Source: an uncultured Mycoplasmatota bacterium
GTDB lineage: Bacteria; Bacillota_I; Bacilli_A; RF39; UBA660
Length of the DNA: 64,000 nt
NCBI GenBank assembly: GCA_946490195.1
Contig: CAMLWN010000001.1
Span: 238 to 64,237, forward strand
Direction of reading: 5' to 3'
How positions within the stretch are numbered: the stretch's first letter is position 1; each line of letters starts with the position of its first letter. A model generated the notes under the pieces. The model did no database searches. It saw nothing but the letters and a program-made list of their open reading frames with translations, and was not told the DNA's origin. Shown in pieces: positions 19,679-29,427 of this stretch. The position numbers were made by a program, and so were the translations under genes.

Positions 19679-20160
19679 GACAAGCAATAGGAACAACCTG
19701 GATTCTCCAATTAGTAATCATTTTTATGTTGATTTTCGTTGCATTTCTAGCATTAAGCATTAATTATACAAAAGCATTCAAAATTAAAAATGAATTGGTT
19801 ACTATTGTTGAAAAATACGAAGGAGTAACTCAAGGAGAAAATAGTCCAGTATATCTTTTAAATAACTATTTAAGATATAATAATTATACGGTAATGGGAA
19901 AATGTAACGAAGGAGATTGGGGAAATCAAAATTTAGATGAACCAATATTAGAAGAAGTAAAAACAAATGAGCGTTACTATTATTGTGTGAGAAAGATAGA
20001 CGACTCAACAGAATCATCACCTTATAAAGCTAAGTATAAAGTACGAATATTTTTTAAATTTAGTCTTCCAGTTATAGGAGATATATTTACATTCTCTGTA
20101 GAAGGAACAACTGTTTCAATAAAAGAATCTTCAAATGATATTGATGTAATGAGTGATTAG
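19675..20160 (+). CDS. TadE/TadF-like minor pilin
   Basis: MRQAIGT/TWILQLVIIFMLIF leader. ATGA-coupled to the previous gene. Confidence 0.5.
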   Translation: MRQAIGTTWILQLVIIFMLIFVAFLALSINYTKAFKIKNELVTIVEKYEGVTQGENSPVYLLNNYLRYNNYTVMGKCNEGDWGNQNLDEPILEEVKTNERYYYCVRKIDDSTESSPYKAKYKVRIFFKFSLPVIGDIFTFSVEGTTVSIKESSNDIDVMSD

Positions 20161-20174
20161 AAAGGAAGAAATTT

Positions 20175-21203
20175 ATGAACGTAAAAATCGTAAATAAATA
20201 TGCAAGTTTATTAGCTAATCTTGATTTGGATTTTATTAAAAGTGTTGAAGGAGAATTTACTCCAGAAGAAATTATTATGCAATTTCAAAACTTCTTTTTT
20301 AATAAAATGATTTTAGATATTACAGCTATTAAAAATTATGAAGATATTACAAAAATTCAAGAATTATCTGTAAATATGGATATGAGCAAAGTTATTCTTT
20401 TATTAGATGATTCAGAAATTGTAAATAGTCCAAGATATTTATCACAATTAGTATCTATGGGAATTTATAACTTTACGAGAAATGTAGATGCAATTAAGTT
20501 TTTAATTGACAATCCAAATTCTTATAAAGATGTCGCTCAATATCATCAATTAAATAATGTTATGGTAGCAAATGATTCAACAAATCAAGAAGAAAGTTCT
20601 GGAGGTAAAATGCCAGCTCCAACCGTTATTTATGAACAAAGAGAATTACGAGTAATTGGAATAAAAAATGTCACAGAACATGCTGGAAGTACAACATTAA
20701 CATATTTATTAAAAAAACAATTAGAGAAAAAATACAAAGTGGTAGCCGTTGAAGTAGACGATAATGATTTTGTTTTCTTAAACGATAAAACCCTAAAACA
20801 TACAAGCCATCTAGAACTTCAAAATTTTATTGCATCAAACTATAATTTAGATGTGATTTTAGTGGATTTAAATGATAAAGGTTCAGAATCTTCTTGTACT
20901 GAGGTTCTATACTTAATTGAACCTGGTTTAATTAAATTAAATAAGCTGATTCGTAAAGATCGCAACGCTTTTGAAAAATTAAAAGGTAAAAAAATCGTTT
21001 TAAATCGAAGTGTATTAAACAATACAGATATAGCGGATTTTGAATATGAATCAAGAAGTAAAGTATATTACAATGTTCCTTATGTAGATGATAAATTAGA
21101 AAACAATCATGTTTTAAATGAATTGTTAATTCGCATGGGATTTACAAGATTAGATGAAGAAAATTCAGAAAAAGGTGGCAAATTATTTAGTATTTTTAAA
21201 TAA
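20175..21203 (+). CDS. TadZ/CpaE-like protein (receiver-like N-domain + degenerate ParA/MinD ATPase fold)
   Basis: IGIKNVTEHAGSTTLT occupies the position of the deviant Walker A KGGxGKTT but lacks the Lys. The N-terminal receiver-like segment contains LLLDDSEI. Confidence 0.5.
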   Translation: MNVKIVNKYASLLANLDLDFIKSVEGEFTPEEIIMQFQNFFFNKMILDITAIKNYEDITKIQELSVNMDMSKVILLLDDSEIVNSPRYLSQLVSMGIYNFTRNVDAIKFLIDNPNSYKDVAQYHQLNNVMVANDSTNQEESSGGKMPAPTVIYEQRELRVIGIKNVTEHAGSTTLTYLLKKQLEKKYKVVAVEVDDNDFVFLNDKTLKHTSHLELQNFIASNYNLDVILVDLNDKGSESSCTEVLYLIEPGLIKLNKLIRKDRNAFEKLKGKKIVLNRSVLNNTDIADFEYESRSKVYYNVPYVDDKLENNHVLNELLIRMGFTRLDEENSEKGGKLFSIFK

Positions 21204-21381
21204 AAGAGATTGTTGAAAAACATTCTTTTTTTTTGATGGTAAGAAAAAAATTGAGGAACTTTTTATAATCTAAGATTTTATCATAAAAACAAAGATTAAA
21301 CAAAACCATTTTTGACTGCAAGAACCATGGACTTTAGTTAGACAATTTGTTAAAATAAATACATGATGAGGTGGTGGTACA

Positions 21382-23355
21382 GTGGACGATTTTAATGAAG
21401 AAGAACTTACTGAAGAAGAAATGGCAAATAAGGCCGCAGCAGAAGAAGTACCAGAACCACCTGAAGATACTTCAGAAAATACAGAAGGAGAGTTTGAAGC
21501 AGACACTTTTGGAAAAACTTTAGTTGCTGTAGGAAGCAAAAGTTTAATCAATTTCCTTTTAAAAAAATATAAATTTGTTATTGCAATAGCTTTAGGGGCT
21601 ATTGGATTGTTTTTTATAATATTAGCGGTAATCACTGGTTCCGGAGTTCCTGAATATGAATATGTTGAACCAAATTGTGAACAAGTAACAGTTATATATG
21701 AACCATATGGGTCTGATGAAGAAAGAACCGTAGTTATGGATATGGAAGAATACGTAAAAAAAGCACTTTATGCATATACAGAGGATCTTCCATCAAAGAG
21801 TTTATATTACCTATACTCATCCTTATCAATTGCTCTTCGAACAGAAGCACTAAACAATAACTGCCGAGTAACTTATCGTGATAAAGTATTAAGAGAACCA
21901 AGCGCAAAAGATGCAGATATTGAACGAGCTTTAAAAAATACAGCAGGCGTAGTTATGGTGGATAAAAATAATGACTTTATTAATGCATCTGTATCAGATT
22001 TTTGTTGGAATTCTCAAACTGAGGACAATTATCAATTATATCAAAACTTAGCAGTACCATTAGAATTTGCTGGAGCAAATTTCAGTAACGAAATTTATAC
22101 GTTTTGTCCATGTAACGATGAACAAGGCGATCCAACAGATGAAGAAAATGAATATTCTATGTGTTGGAGTAGTAATGAAGAAGATGCAGAATGGTTACAC
22201 CAGGATGAAACAAACGGCTATAGTGTTTATGGTGCATATTATTTAGCAATTGGATATGCTTACTTAGATGACAATATTCTTAATCATTTTTTTGGTGAAG
22301 ATATTTATTTAAAAACAATAATTAAATCGAATGCAAAAAAAGATGACGATACGCTTGATGTAAATAGTAGTGATTGTATGTGGTGGCCAATCGGTAGTGA
22401 TGAGACTACTACTGAAAATGGAGTAGTACTTGCGAGTGGAAAACCATCTACTACAGCAATCACAAGTTACTTTGGAAACCGTGGTGCTCCAATTGCTGGA
22501 GCAAGTACATATCACCGTGCTATCGATATTGGAAACGGAGTTGAAGGAAAAACCAATATAATTGCCGCTGCATCAGGAAAGGTTATCGCAGTAAACACAG
22601 GATGCACAGCAGGAAACTATTCATGTGGAGGACAATTAGGAAATTATGTAAAAATAGAACATCCTGATGGAACAGTTACCAGATATGGACATATGTATAG
22701 TGTTACTGTTCAAAATGGCGATAGTGTAGTTCAAGGTCAGGTTATAGGGACCATGGGTAATACAGGAAACTCAACTGGTCCACATTTAGATTTTCAGATT
22801 TTAGTAAATGGTACAGCTGTTAATCCACTAGACTATGTAAGTACTACCAAACCAAGACCTACTGGATGTACTTCACATGTTCCTGGATATTCTGGATCAG
22901 GAAATCAAGAGTTTATTGATTTTATTGTGCCTTATGCAGTTGAAGATATGAAAACTTCTAATATTTTAGCTTCGGTAACGATAGCTCAAGCAATATTAGA
23001 AAGTGGTTGGGGAAGTAGTGGACTAGCCAGAAATTACAATAATTATTTTGGAATGAAAGCAGGAAGTTCATGGACTGGAGAAACAGTAGATTTACCAACT
23101 AGAGAATGTAACAGTAATGGATGTTATGCAACAACTGCAACATGGAGAGTCTATTCAAGTCCACTAGAATCTTTAAAAGATCATTCAAGATTATTAGCAA
23201 ATAATAGTCGATACAATGGCGTAGTAGGAGAAAAAGACTATGTCACAGCAATTACGATTATCAAAAATGGAGGCTATGCCACAGATCCAGACTACGTTAA
23301 CAAAATTGTTGCTATCATTGAAAACAACAATTTAACGCAGTATGATAATGGATAA
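21382..23355 (+). CDS. membrane-anchored bifunctional peptidoglycan hydrolase (M23/LytM peptidase + GH73 glucosaminidase), PrgK/VirB1-like
   Basis: GTG start with RBS gaggtggtgg. Acidic cytoplasmic N-terminus, one TM, M23 motifs (HRAIDIG...G..GNTGNSTGPHLDFQI) and a C-terminal GH73 motif (QAILESGWGSS...YFGMK...YATDPDY). Confidence 0.75.
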   Translation: MDDFNEEELTEEEMANKAAAEEVPEPPEDTSENTEGEFEADTFGKTLVAVGSKSLINFLLKKYKFVIAIALGAIGLFFIILAVITGSGVPEYEYVEPNCEQVTVIYEPYGSDEERTVVMDMEEYVKKALYAYTEDLPSKSLYYLYSSLSIALRTEALNNNCRVTYRDKVLREPSAKDADIERALKNTAGVVMVDKNNDFINASVSDFCWNSQTEDNYQLYQNLAVPLEFAGANFSNEIYTFCPCNDEQGDPTDEENEYSMCWSSNEEDAEWLHQDETNGYSVYGAYYLAIGYAYLDDNILNHFFGEDIYLKTIIKSNAKKDDDTLDVNSSDCMWWPIGSDETTTENGVVLASGKPSTTAITSYFGNRGAPIAGASTYHRAIDIGNGVEGKTNIIAAASGKVIAVNTGCTAGNYSCGGQLGNYVKIEHPDGTVTRYGHMYSVTVQNGDSVVQGQVIGTMGNTGNSTGPHLDFQILVNGTAVNPLDYVSTTKPRPTGCTSHVPGYSGSGNQEFIDFIVPYAVEDMKTSNILASVTIAQAILESGWGSSGLARNYNNYFGMKAGSSWTGETVDLPTRECNSNGCYATTATWRVYSSPLESLKDHSRLLANNSRYNGVVGEKDYVTAITIIKNGGYATDPDYVNKIVAIIENNNLTQYDNG

Positions 23356-23367
23356 GAAGGTGAATAA

Positions 23368-24267
23368 ATGCAAGGAGAAAAAAGTAAAATCATTATATGG
23401 GGAGTATTATTACTTTTTGTAGTCATCATAGTTTTAATTGCAATGGTATTTAATAAAGAAGAGACGAACAATGATGATGGACATGAAATTCTGGACAATA
23501 CGTATAATTATTCGGAAGTTTATGATTATAGTACTTATCAAACTGTGTATCAATCTCTTTTTAACTACTATACTCAAGTAAATAGCAATTTTAATCAAGT
23601 ATTACCGCTACTATCAGAAATTTATAAAAAACGTTATAATATTTCATCTGATAATATAGAAAACTATATTGAAGAGGCTTATGGAAATTTTCTTTATCAA
23701 ATAACGGATATTCATGTAATTCAAAATTCATATTTTTCTATTTATTATGTAGAAGGTACGTATGCGATGGAACTTTTAGATTCCAATGCTAATGAAATTA
23801 TAGTTAAAGATCTTGTCTTTTTTGATACTGCTAATAACACATATGCAATATTACCAATTATGAATCAAAATACTACATTCGAAGAAATTATAGAAGAGTA
23901 TGGTTTAATGTCTTATAATCAAGAAATTCTTACGAATGAATACAATACTATTCCTAGTGTAGTAGTCTCTAATTTCAGAGAAGCGAGTGATTATTTTAGC
24001 GAGTTCCTTAATAAAATTCATACGGATTGTTACGAAGCTTATGAATTATTAGGAGAAAGTACAAAAAATACTTATCCGACTTTTGAACAATTTCAAAGTC
24101 TTTGTGAAAGCTATGTAACAGATTATCCATCATCAACAATACAAGATTATCAAATTAATTATGAAAATGAGCAAAAACTTATAACGATAACAGATAATTA
24201 CTCAATAAGATATAATTTTCGTATTCAAAGTGTTAAGAACTATTATGTAGATATAAGTATGAATTAA
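23368..24267 (+). CDS. membrane-anchored hypothetical protein
   Basis: N-terminal TM. N/Y-rich with no motif. Confidence 0.4.
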   Translation: MQGEKSKIIIWGVLLLFVVIIVLIAMVFNKEETNNDDGHEILDNTYNYSEVYDYSTYQTVYQSLFNYYTQVNSNFNQVLPLLSEIYKKRYNISSDNIENYIEEAYGNFLYQITDIHVIQNSYFSIYYVEGTYAMELLDSNANEIIVKDLVFFDTANNTYAILPIMNQNTTFEEIIEEYGLMSYNQEILTNEYNTIPSVVVSNFREASDYFSEFLNKIHTDCYEAYELLGESTKNTYPTFEQFQSLCESYVTDYPSSTIQDYQINYENEQKLITITDNYSIRYNFRIQSVKNYYVDISMN

Positions 24268-24322
24268 TTATTTTAAAATCATATATTTTATAGTATAATT
24301 AAAAGCAAATGGAGGTTTTTTC

Positions 24323-26488
24323 ATGAAATTTCGTGTCTCATCAAAAGATTTTATAATATTTGTAATATTTTGCATTTTTTTACTTTATTTATGTGCAATT
24401 GCTGTTTTGAATTTTTCATCTTTTGCTGAAGATGGTTCTTTCTATGGGCTAAATCCTTTTCCAGCATTTACAGGCGATTATTTATTATTAACCATATTCA
24501 TGTTTGTTGTAGCTTTAATTATTATTTTTTCTAGTGTATCATCTTATATTTTCGATCGAGATAAAAGTGCAAAAAAGCTATTAACAATTGGGGAAAAAGA
24601 AGAAAAAGGGTATTCTAGGTGGGCTAAAGAAAAAGAAATCAAAGAAGCGAAAGATGTAAAACATGTTAAAGCTATTGATCAACATGTTGATGGAGCAGGA
24701 GTACCATTAATTAATAATGGAACAGATATTTGGGTAGATGATGGAGAATATCATACAATGATTATTGGTTCTACAGGTTCAGGTAAAACAGAATGTATCG
24801 TAAAGCCAATGGTAAACCTTTTAGCTAAAAAAGGCGAGAGTATGATTATTAACGACCCAAAAGGAGAGTTATATAAATACTGTGGCGATTATTTAAAAGA
24901 ACAAGGATATAATATTGTTGTTTTAAACTTTCGTGAACCAGATCAAGGAAATTCTTGGAATCCATTAACCATGCCTTATTATTATTTTAAAAATGGAAAT
25001 GTTGACAAAGCAACAGAATTACTAGAGGATATTGCCAACAACATTTTGGTTGATCCAAAAAATAAGGATTCTGCTTTCTGGGAAAAGTCAGGTGCAGACT
25101 ATTTTTCAGGATTAGCAATCGGATTATTTAGAGATGGTAAAGAAAACGAAATAAATTTAAATTCTATCAATTTAATGAGTACAGTAGGTGAAGAAAGATT
25201 AGGCGCAAAAACATATATTCAAGAGTACTTTAATATGAAAGGAGAAGCATCTCCAGAATACATTTTTGCTTCAACAACTTTTAATGCACCATCTGATACC
25301 AAAGGAGGAATCCTTTCAACATTTAGACAAAAAATCCGAATTTTTGCTTCACGTGAAAAACTTTCAGAAATGCTTTCTTACAGTGATTTTGATATGCGAA
25401 GCATTGGAGAAAGAAAGACAGCTGTATTTTTAATTATTCATGATGAAAAAACAACTTATCATAGTTTATTAACTGTTTTCTTAAAGCAATGTTATGAAAC
25501 ATTAGTTGAAGTGGCCCAAGCAAACGGTGGAAAACTAACATATCGAACAAACTTTATTTTGGATGAGTTTGCCAATATGCCACCTTTATCTGATGTAGAT
25601 TCAATGGTATCGGCTGCAAGAAGTAGAAATATAAGATTTTCATTTATCATTCAAAACTTTGCTCAGTTAAATGATGTTTATGGTAAAGAAGTTGCAGCAA
25701 CTTTACGCGGAAACTGTGGAAATACGATTTACTTAATTAGTACCGAAATGGCAGCTTTAGAAGAAATTAGTAAAATGTGTGGAGAAGTAAAAAGTAAAGA
25801 AAAAGATAAAACAGCTTCAACCCCTTTAGTAACGGTAACCGATTTACAAAAAATGAAATTATTTCAAGCCATTATCATGCGTATCCGAATGAGTCCTTTC
25901 AAAACTCAATACGAACCAGACTTTAAAATTAATTGGGGAATTGAACGACGAGAGCTTGCGTTACCAACTAGAGAACAACGACCTGTGGCTACATTCGATT
26001 TAAAAACATATGTTTCAGAAGAAAAAAGAAAACAAATGGCGAACAATGCGCAAAATGGAATTCCTAATCCTGGAGGATTTAATCCGTTCATGCCATCATC
26101 AAATCCATTTATGGGTGGTGGTTTTGGAGGAATGGCCCCAAATCCTTTTATGGGAAATGATTCAAATCCTGCATTTCCATCGCCATCACAAAAGCCGATC
26201 TCTAGTCTAACAAATGATGAAATCGATAAAATGATTGCTGATATTGACAAAAAATTAAAAGAATTAGATGAGGAAGAAGCTAGAGAAAAAGAAAAATTGG
26301 CAAAACAAAACAATATGGAATTACCAAAATTGGAAACACAAAAACCAGTTGAACAGAATATAGAAATGCCACTTCCTAAAACGGAAGAAAAACCAAAAAT
26401 TAATGTGGATGCCGACTCAATTATCATGGATGACAACGTAATCACGGATGATGAGTTCTTTGATGACTTTTTCCACGACGATGAATAA
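24323..26488 (+). CDS. type IV coupling protein-like ATPase (VirD4/TraG/TraD family)
   Basis: Two N-terminal TMs, Walker A IIGSTGSGKTE, Walker B FILDEFANMP, and an all-alpha domain in between. The low-complexity C-terminus carries NPFMG x3. Confidence 0.65.
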   Translation: MKFRVSSKDFIIFVIFCIFLLYLCAIAVLNFSSFAEDGSFYGLNPFPAFTGDYLLLTIFMFVVALIIIFSSVSSYIFDRDKSAKKLLTIGEKEEKGYSRWAKEKEIKEAKDVKHVKAIDQHVDGAGVPLINNGTDIWVDDGEYHTMIIGSTGSGKTECIVKPMVNLLAKKGESMIINDPKGELYKYCGDYLKEQGYNIVVLNFREPDQGNSWNPLTMPYYYFKNGNVDKATELLEDIANNILVDPKNKDSAFWEKSGADYFSGLAIGLFRDGKENEINLNSINLMSTVGEERLGAKTYIQEYFNMKGEASPEYIFASTTFNAPSDTKGGILSTFRQKIRIFASREKLSEMLSYSDFDMRSIGERKTAVFLIIHDEKTTYHSLLTVFLKQCYETLVEVAQANGGKLTYRTNFILDEFANMPPLSDVDSMVSAARSRNIRFSFIIQNFAQLNDVYGKEVAATLRGNCGNTIYLISTEMAALEEISKMCGEVKSKEKDKTASTPLVTVTDLQKMKLFQAIIMRIRMSPFKTQYEPDFKINWGIERRELALPTREQRPVATFDLKTYVSEEKRKQMANNAQNGIPNPGGFNPFMPSSNPFMGGGFGGMAPNPFMGNDSNPAFPSPSQKPISSLTNDEIDKMIADIDKKLKELDEEEAREKEKLAKQNNMELPKLETQKPVEQNIEMPLPKTEEKPKINVDADSIIMDDNVITDDEFFDDFFHDDE

Positions 26489-26493
26489 AATTA

Positions 26494-26521
26494 CTGTTGA
26501 AAAAACTTTCAACAGTTTTTT
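26494..26521 (+). terminator. rho-independent terminator
   Basis: 9-bp stem ctgttgaaa/tttcaacag followed by T6. Confidence 0.7.
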
Positions 26522-26524
26522 AAC

Positions 26525-26553
26525 TTGTAAAAGAAAACGAAAAACGATACAAT
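26525..26553 (+). promoter_or_regulatory. sigma-A-like promoter (TTGTAA-17-TACAAT)
   Basis: Near-consensus hexamers with 17-bp spacing upstream of the 26585 gene. Confidence 0.4.
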
Positions 26554-26584
26554 ATATAGAGAAAATAGAAGAGGAATAAAGGAA

Positions 26585-27862
26585 ATGAAACTAGAAAAAT
26601 TTAAACAAAAAGACCCAAAGAAAATAGGCATAACCACATTTACAGTAGTATGTATTCTATTAATCGCTGGCGTATTTTTCTACACTTCATTTGCTTCCTT
26701 TGAAACTCATGACGAATTTAATATCATTGAAGGTACAGTAGGAGACAATGGAGACCTATATTTCTCTTTTTACGTAGATGATGAAATATCAAAGACAATG
26801 CCTCAGAAAGGAGAAGGGTATGTCTTAGATAAAGAAAAAACAAACTGCACCAAAGGAGCAAGTATCGAATTTAATGAAACAGACTGGTCAGTTAAAGTTT
26901 TAAATATGACTGAAACAAGAACAAAATGTACGTTGTATTTCAGAAGACCAACTTTTAGCGATATTATACAAGCATGTAACGATACAGCAGCAAATTGTTT
27001 AAAGGATAATGCCAATCTAAATACAGTAGAGCTTGCTTATGATGAAACAACAGATAATAATCTAAGATATATTGGAGCAAATCCAAATAATTATGTTTTA
27101 CTTAATAATGAATTATGGAGAATCATTGGGGTATTTAATAATATCGATGATGGCACAGAAAATAAAGAGACTAGATTAAAAATCATAAGAGATGAGTCCT
27201 TAGGAGAATACAGTTGGGATTATGATGCGATTGGAAATTACGATAATGATTGGAGTACATCAACGCTTATGAATTTATTAAATTCTGGAGCATATTATAA
27301 TCGAACAACGGGAAGTTATTACAATGGTAGTACAACTGCAACGAACGTTGACTTTAGTTCTAATGGCTTAACAGAAGAAGCAAAGAATATGATAGGAGAT
27401 GCAATATGGAACCTAGGAGGAACAACAAAGTATACAAGTAGTAGTATGGACTAAGCCACTGGTACACATATGAAAGAAACACAGAAGTATATAGTGGAAG
27501 ACCAACAGAGTGGATAGGAAAAATAGGACTTATATATCCAAGTGATTATGGCTATGCAACAAGTGGAGGAAATACAACAGATCGAGAAACATGTCTAAAC
27601 ACTGAACTATATAATTGGGATGATTATGATGATTGTAGAAATAACGACTGGTTATATGATAGCTCTAATGCTCAATGGATACTAACACCTTATTCAAGCG
27701 ATAAGCACAGCATCTTCTATGTATACAATTATGGGAATGTGAATGGCATCGCTGTGAACAGAGCGTCCAGTGTAGTTTTTCCAGCATTATATCTGGTCTC
27801 TAACGTTAAAATAATTAGAGGAGAAGGAACTTCAAGTAATCCATATCAATTAAGTTTATAAA
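26585..27862 (+). pseudogene. frameshifted paralog of the DGR target gene (decayed VR)
   Basis: The first ~330 nt are ~85% identical to 49338... The reading frame breaks near 27440-27480, where small indels occur relative to the intact paralog, and the remainder continues in another frame to 27862. The VR-equivalent region is AT-rich and does not match the TR. Confidence 0.7.
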
Positions 27863-27934
27863 AATAATAAAAACAACCATTTATTTAGGTATATATTATA
27901 TGCGAAGTGAAAAAAAATGCATACTTTATCATAG

Positions 27935-28198
27935 GTGATAGTTATGAAAAGAATTAAAGTAAGCGAGTATAACAAAAGTATGGGAACACTTTTCGACCTT
28001 TCTAGTCCAGAAACCTTTCTTTTTGAGCATCATCCAGATGCTGTAAATTTTCCTTATCAAAAATTCATGTTATATTATGATCAATATTTAAAAAAAGAAA
28101 CTCCTTATTTCTTTATTTGTTCACAAGGACTTCATAGTGGAAAAGTGGTTAAGATGCTTGAATATTTTGGTTACAATGTTACACAAGTTGTAAAATAA
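27935..28198 (+). CDS. single-domain rhodanese-like sulfurtransferase
   Basis: 87 aa with the active-site loop FICSQGLHSG. Confidence 0.55.
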   Translation: MIVMKRIKVSEYNKSMGTLFDLSSPETFLFEHHPDAVNFPYQKFMLYYDQYLKKETPYFFICSQGLHSGKVVKMLEYFGYNVTQVVK

Positions 28199-28252
28199 AA
28201 AATCTTTTTGTAGATATCCTAGGCTAGGTTTACACAGACCTAGTCTTTCTTA

Positions 28253-29389
28253 ATGAAAATAGTTAAAAAAACAAGTATAATATGTGTAGGATGTGATTTT
28301 ATGGAATATATAATAATTGCCTTATTAGGAGTACTTATACTTTTACTCATATTTTTACTTATTAAAATAAACAAAAACACTCAAAATGATTTAGCAGTAA
28401 CTGAAAAACTAGGAACTTTTCAGAATTCTTTAACGAAAGAAATTGGCGATTTTAAATATGAGTTTTCAAGTAATTTAAAAAAAGATTTTGATGCATTAAA
28501 TGATCGTATGGAACAAAGGCTAATTTTAATAAATGAAAAAGTAAATACAAGATTAGATGAAAATTTTGAAAAAACAAACAAGACATTTACAAACGTTTTA
28601 GAAAGACTTTCAAAAATTGATGAAGCCCAAAAGAAAATTGACAGCTTATCTACAGAAATTGTTTCTTTACAAAGTGTTTTGACGGATAAAAAAACAAGAG
28701 GAATATTTGGTGAAGTAAATTTAAATTATATTTTAACAAGTGTTTTTGGTGAGAAAAATGACCGGCTATATGAAATACAATATAAGTTGCCAAACGGATA
28801 TATTGCCGATTCAATTTTACATGCACCAGAGCCATTAGGAAATATTTGTATTGATTCAAAATTTCCTTTAGAAAATTATGAAAAAATGACCAACAAAAAC
28901 TTATCTAAAGAAGAAAGAGATATGGCTACAAAATTATTTAAAATAGATGTCAAAAAACACATTGAAGCGATAAGCAGTAAATATATTATTGCTGGAGTAA
29001 CTGCAAACCAAGCAATTTTATTCTTACCTGCTGAAGCAATATTTGCAGAGATAAATGCATATCATCCAGATTTATTAAAAGAAGCGTACAACAAACATGT
29101 TTGGATAACTTCTCCAACAACTTTAATGAGTACTTTAACGACACTTGCAATGATTATCAAAAATATGGAAAGAGATAAATACGCAAAAGTAATCCAAGTA
29201 GAGTTAAATAAATTAGCTATAGATTTTCAAAGATATAAAGAACGCTGGGATAAATTATCAAGAAGTATTGATACAGTAAGCAAAGATGTCAAAGATATTC
29301 ATGTAACAACAGAGAAAATTACCAAAAGATTTGATTCAATTAATCAAGTAGAGATTCCAGAAATTTCTTATTCAGAAAACAATGAATAA
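28253..29389 (+). CDS. rmuC: DNA recombination protein RmuC
   Basis: N-terminal TM, a long coiled coil, and a conserved RmuC C-terminal region (FLPAEAIFAEI...WITSPTTLM). Confidence 0.7.
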   Translation: MKIVKKTSIICVGCDFMEYIIIALLGVLILLLIFLLIKINKNTQNDLAVTEKLGTFQNSLTKEIGDFKYEFSSNLKKDFDALNDRMEQRLILINEKVNTRLDENFEKTNKTFTNVLERLSKIDEAQKKIDSLSTEIVSLQSVLTDKKTRGIFGEVNLNYILTSVFGEKNDRLYEIQYKLPNGYIADSILHAPEPLGNICIDSKFPLENYEKMTNKNLSKEERDMATKLFKIDVKKHIEAISSKYIIAGVTANQAILFLPAEAIFAEINAYHPDLLKEAYNKHVWITSPTTLMSTLTTLAMIIKNMERDKYAKVIQVELNKLAIDFQRYKERWDKLSRSIDTVSKDVKDIHVTTEKITKRFDSINQVEIPEISYSENNE

Positions 29390-29393
29390 AAAA

Positions 29394-29427
29394 ATAAGCC
29401 TCAAGAAATAAAAAGGCTTATTTTTTT
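29394..29427 (+). terminator. bidirectional terminator between convergent rmuC and uppP
   Basis: 8-bp stem ataagcct/aggcttat flanked by A and T runs. Confidence 0.6.

Noticed and set aside
8183-27862. Looked for integrase, relaxase, VirB4 or oriT-like inverted repeats to define the Tad/T4CP block as an ICE.
   Set aside because: None were recognisable in the window. Mobility therefore remains a hypothesis, and the boundaries are given only by gene content.
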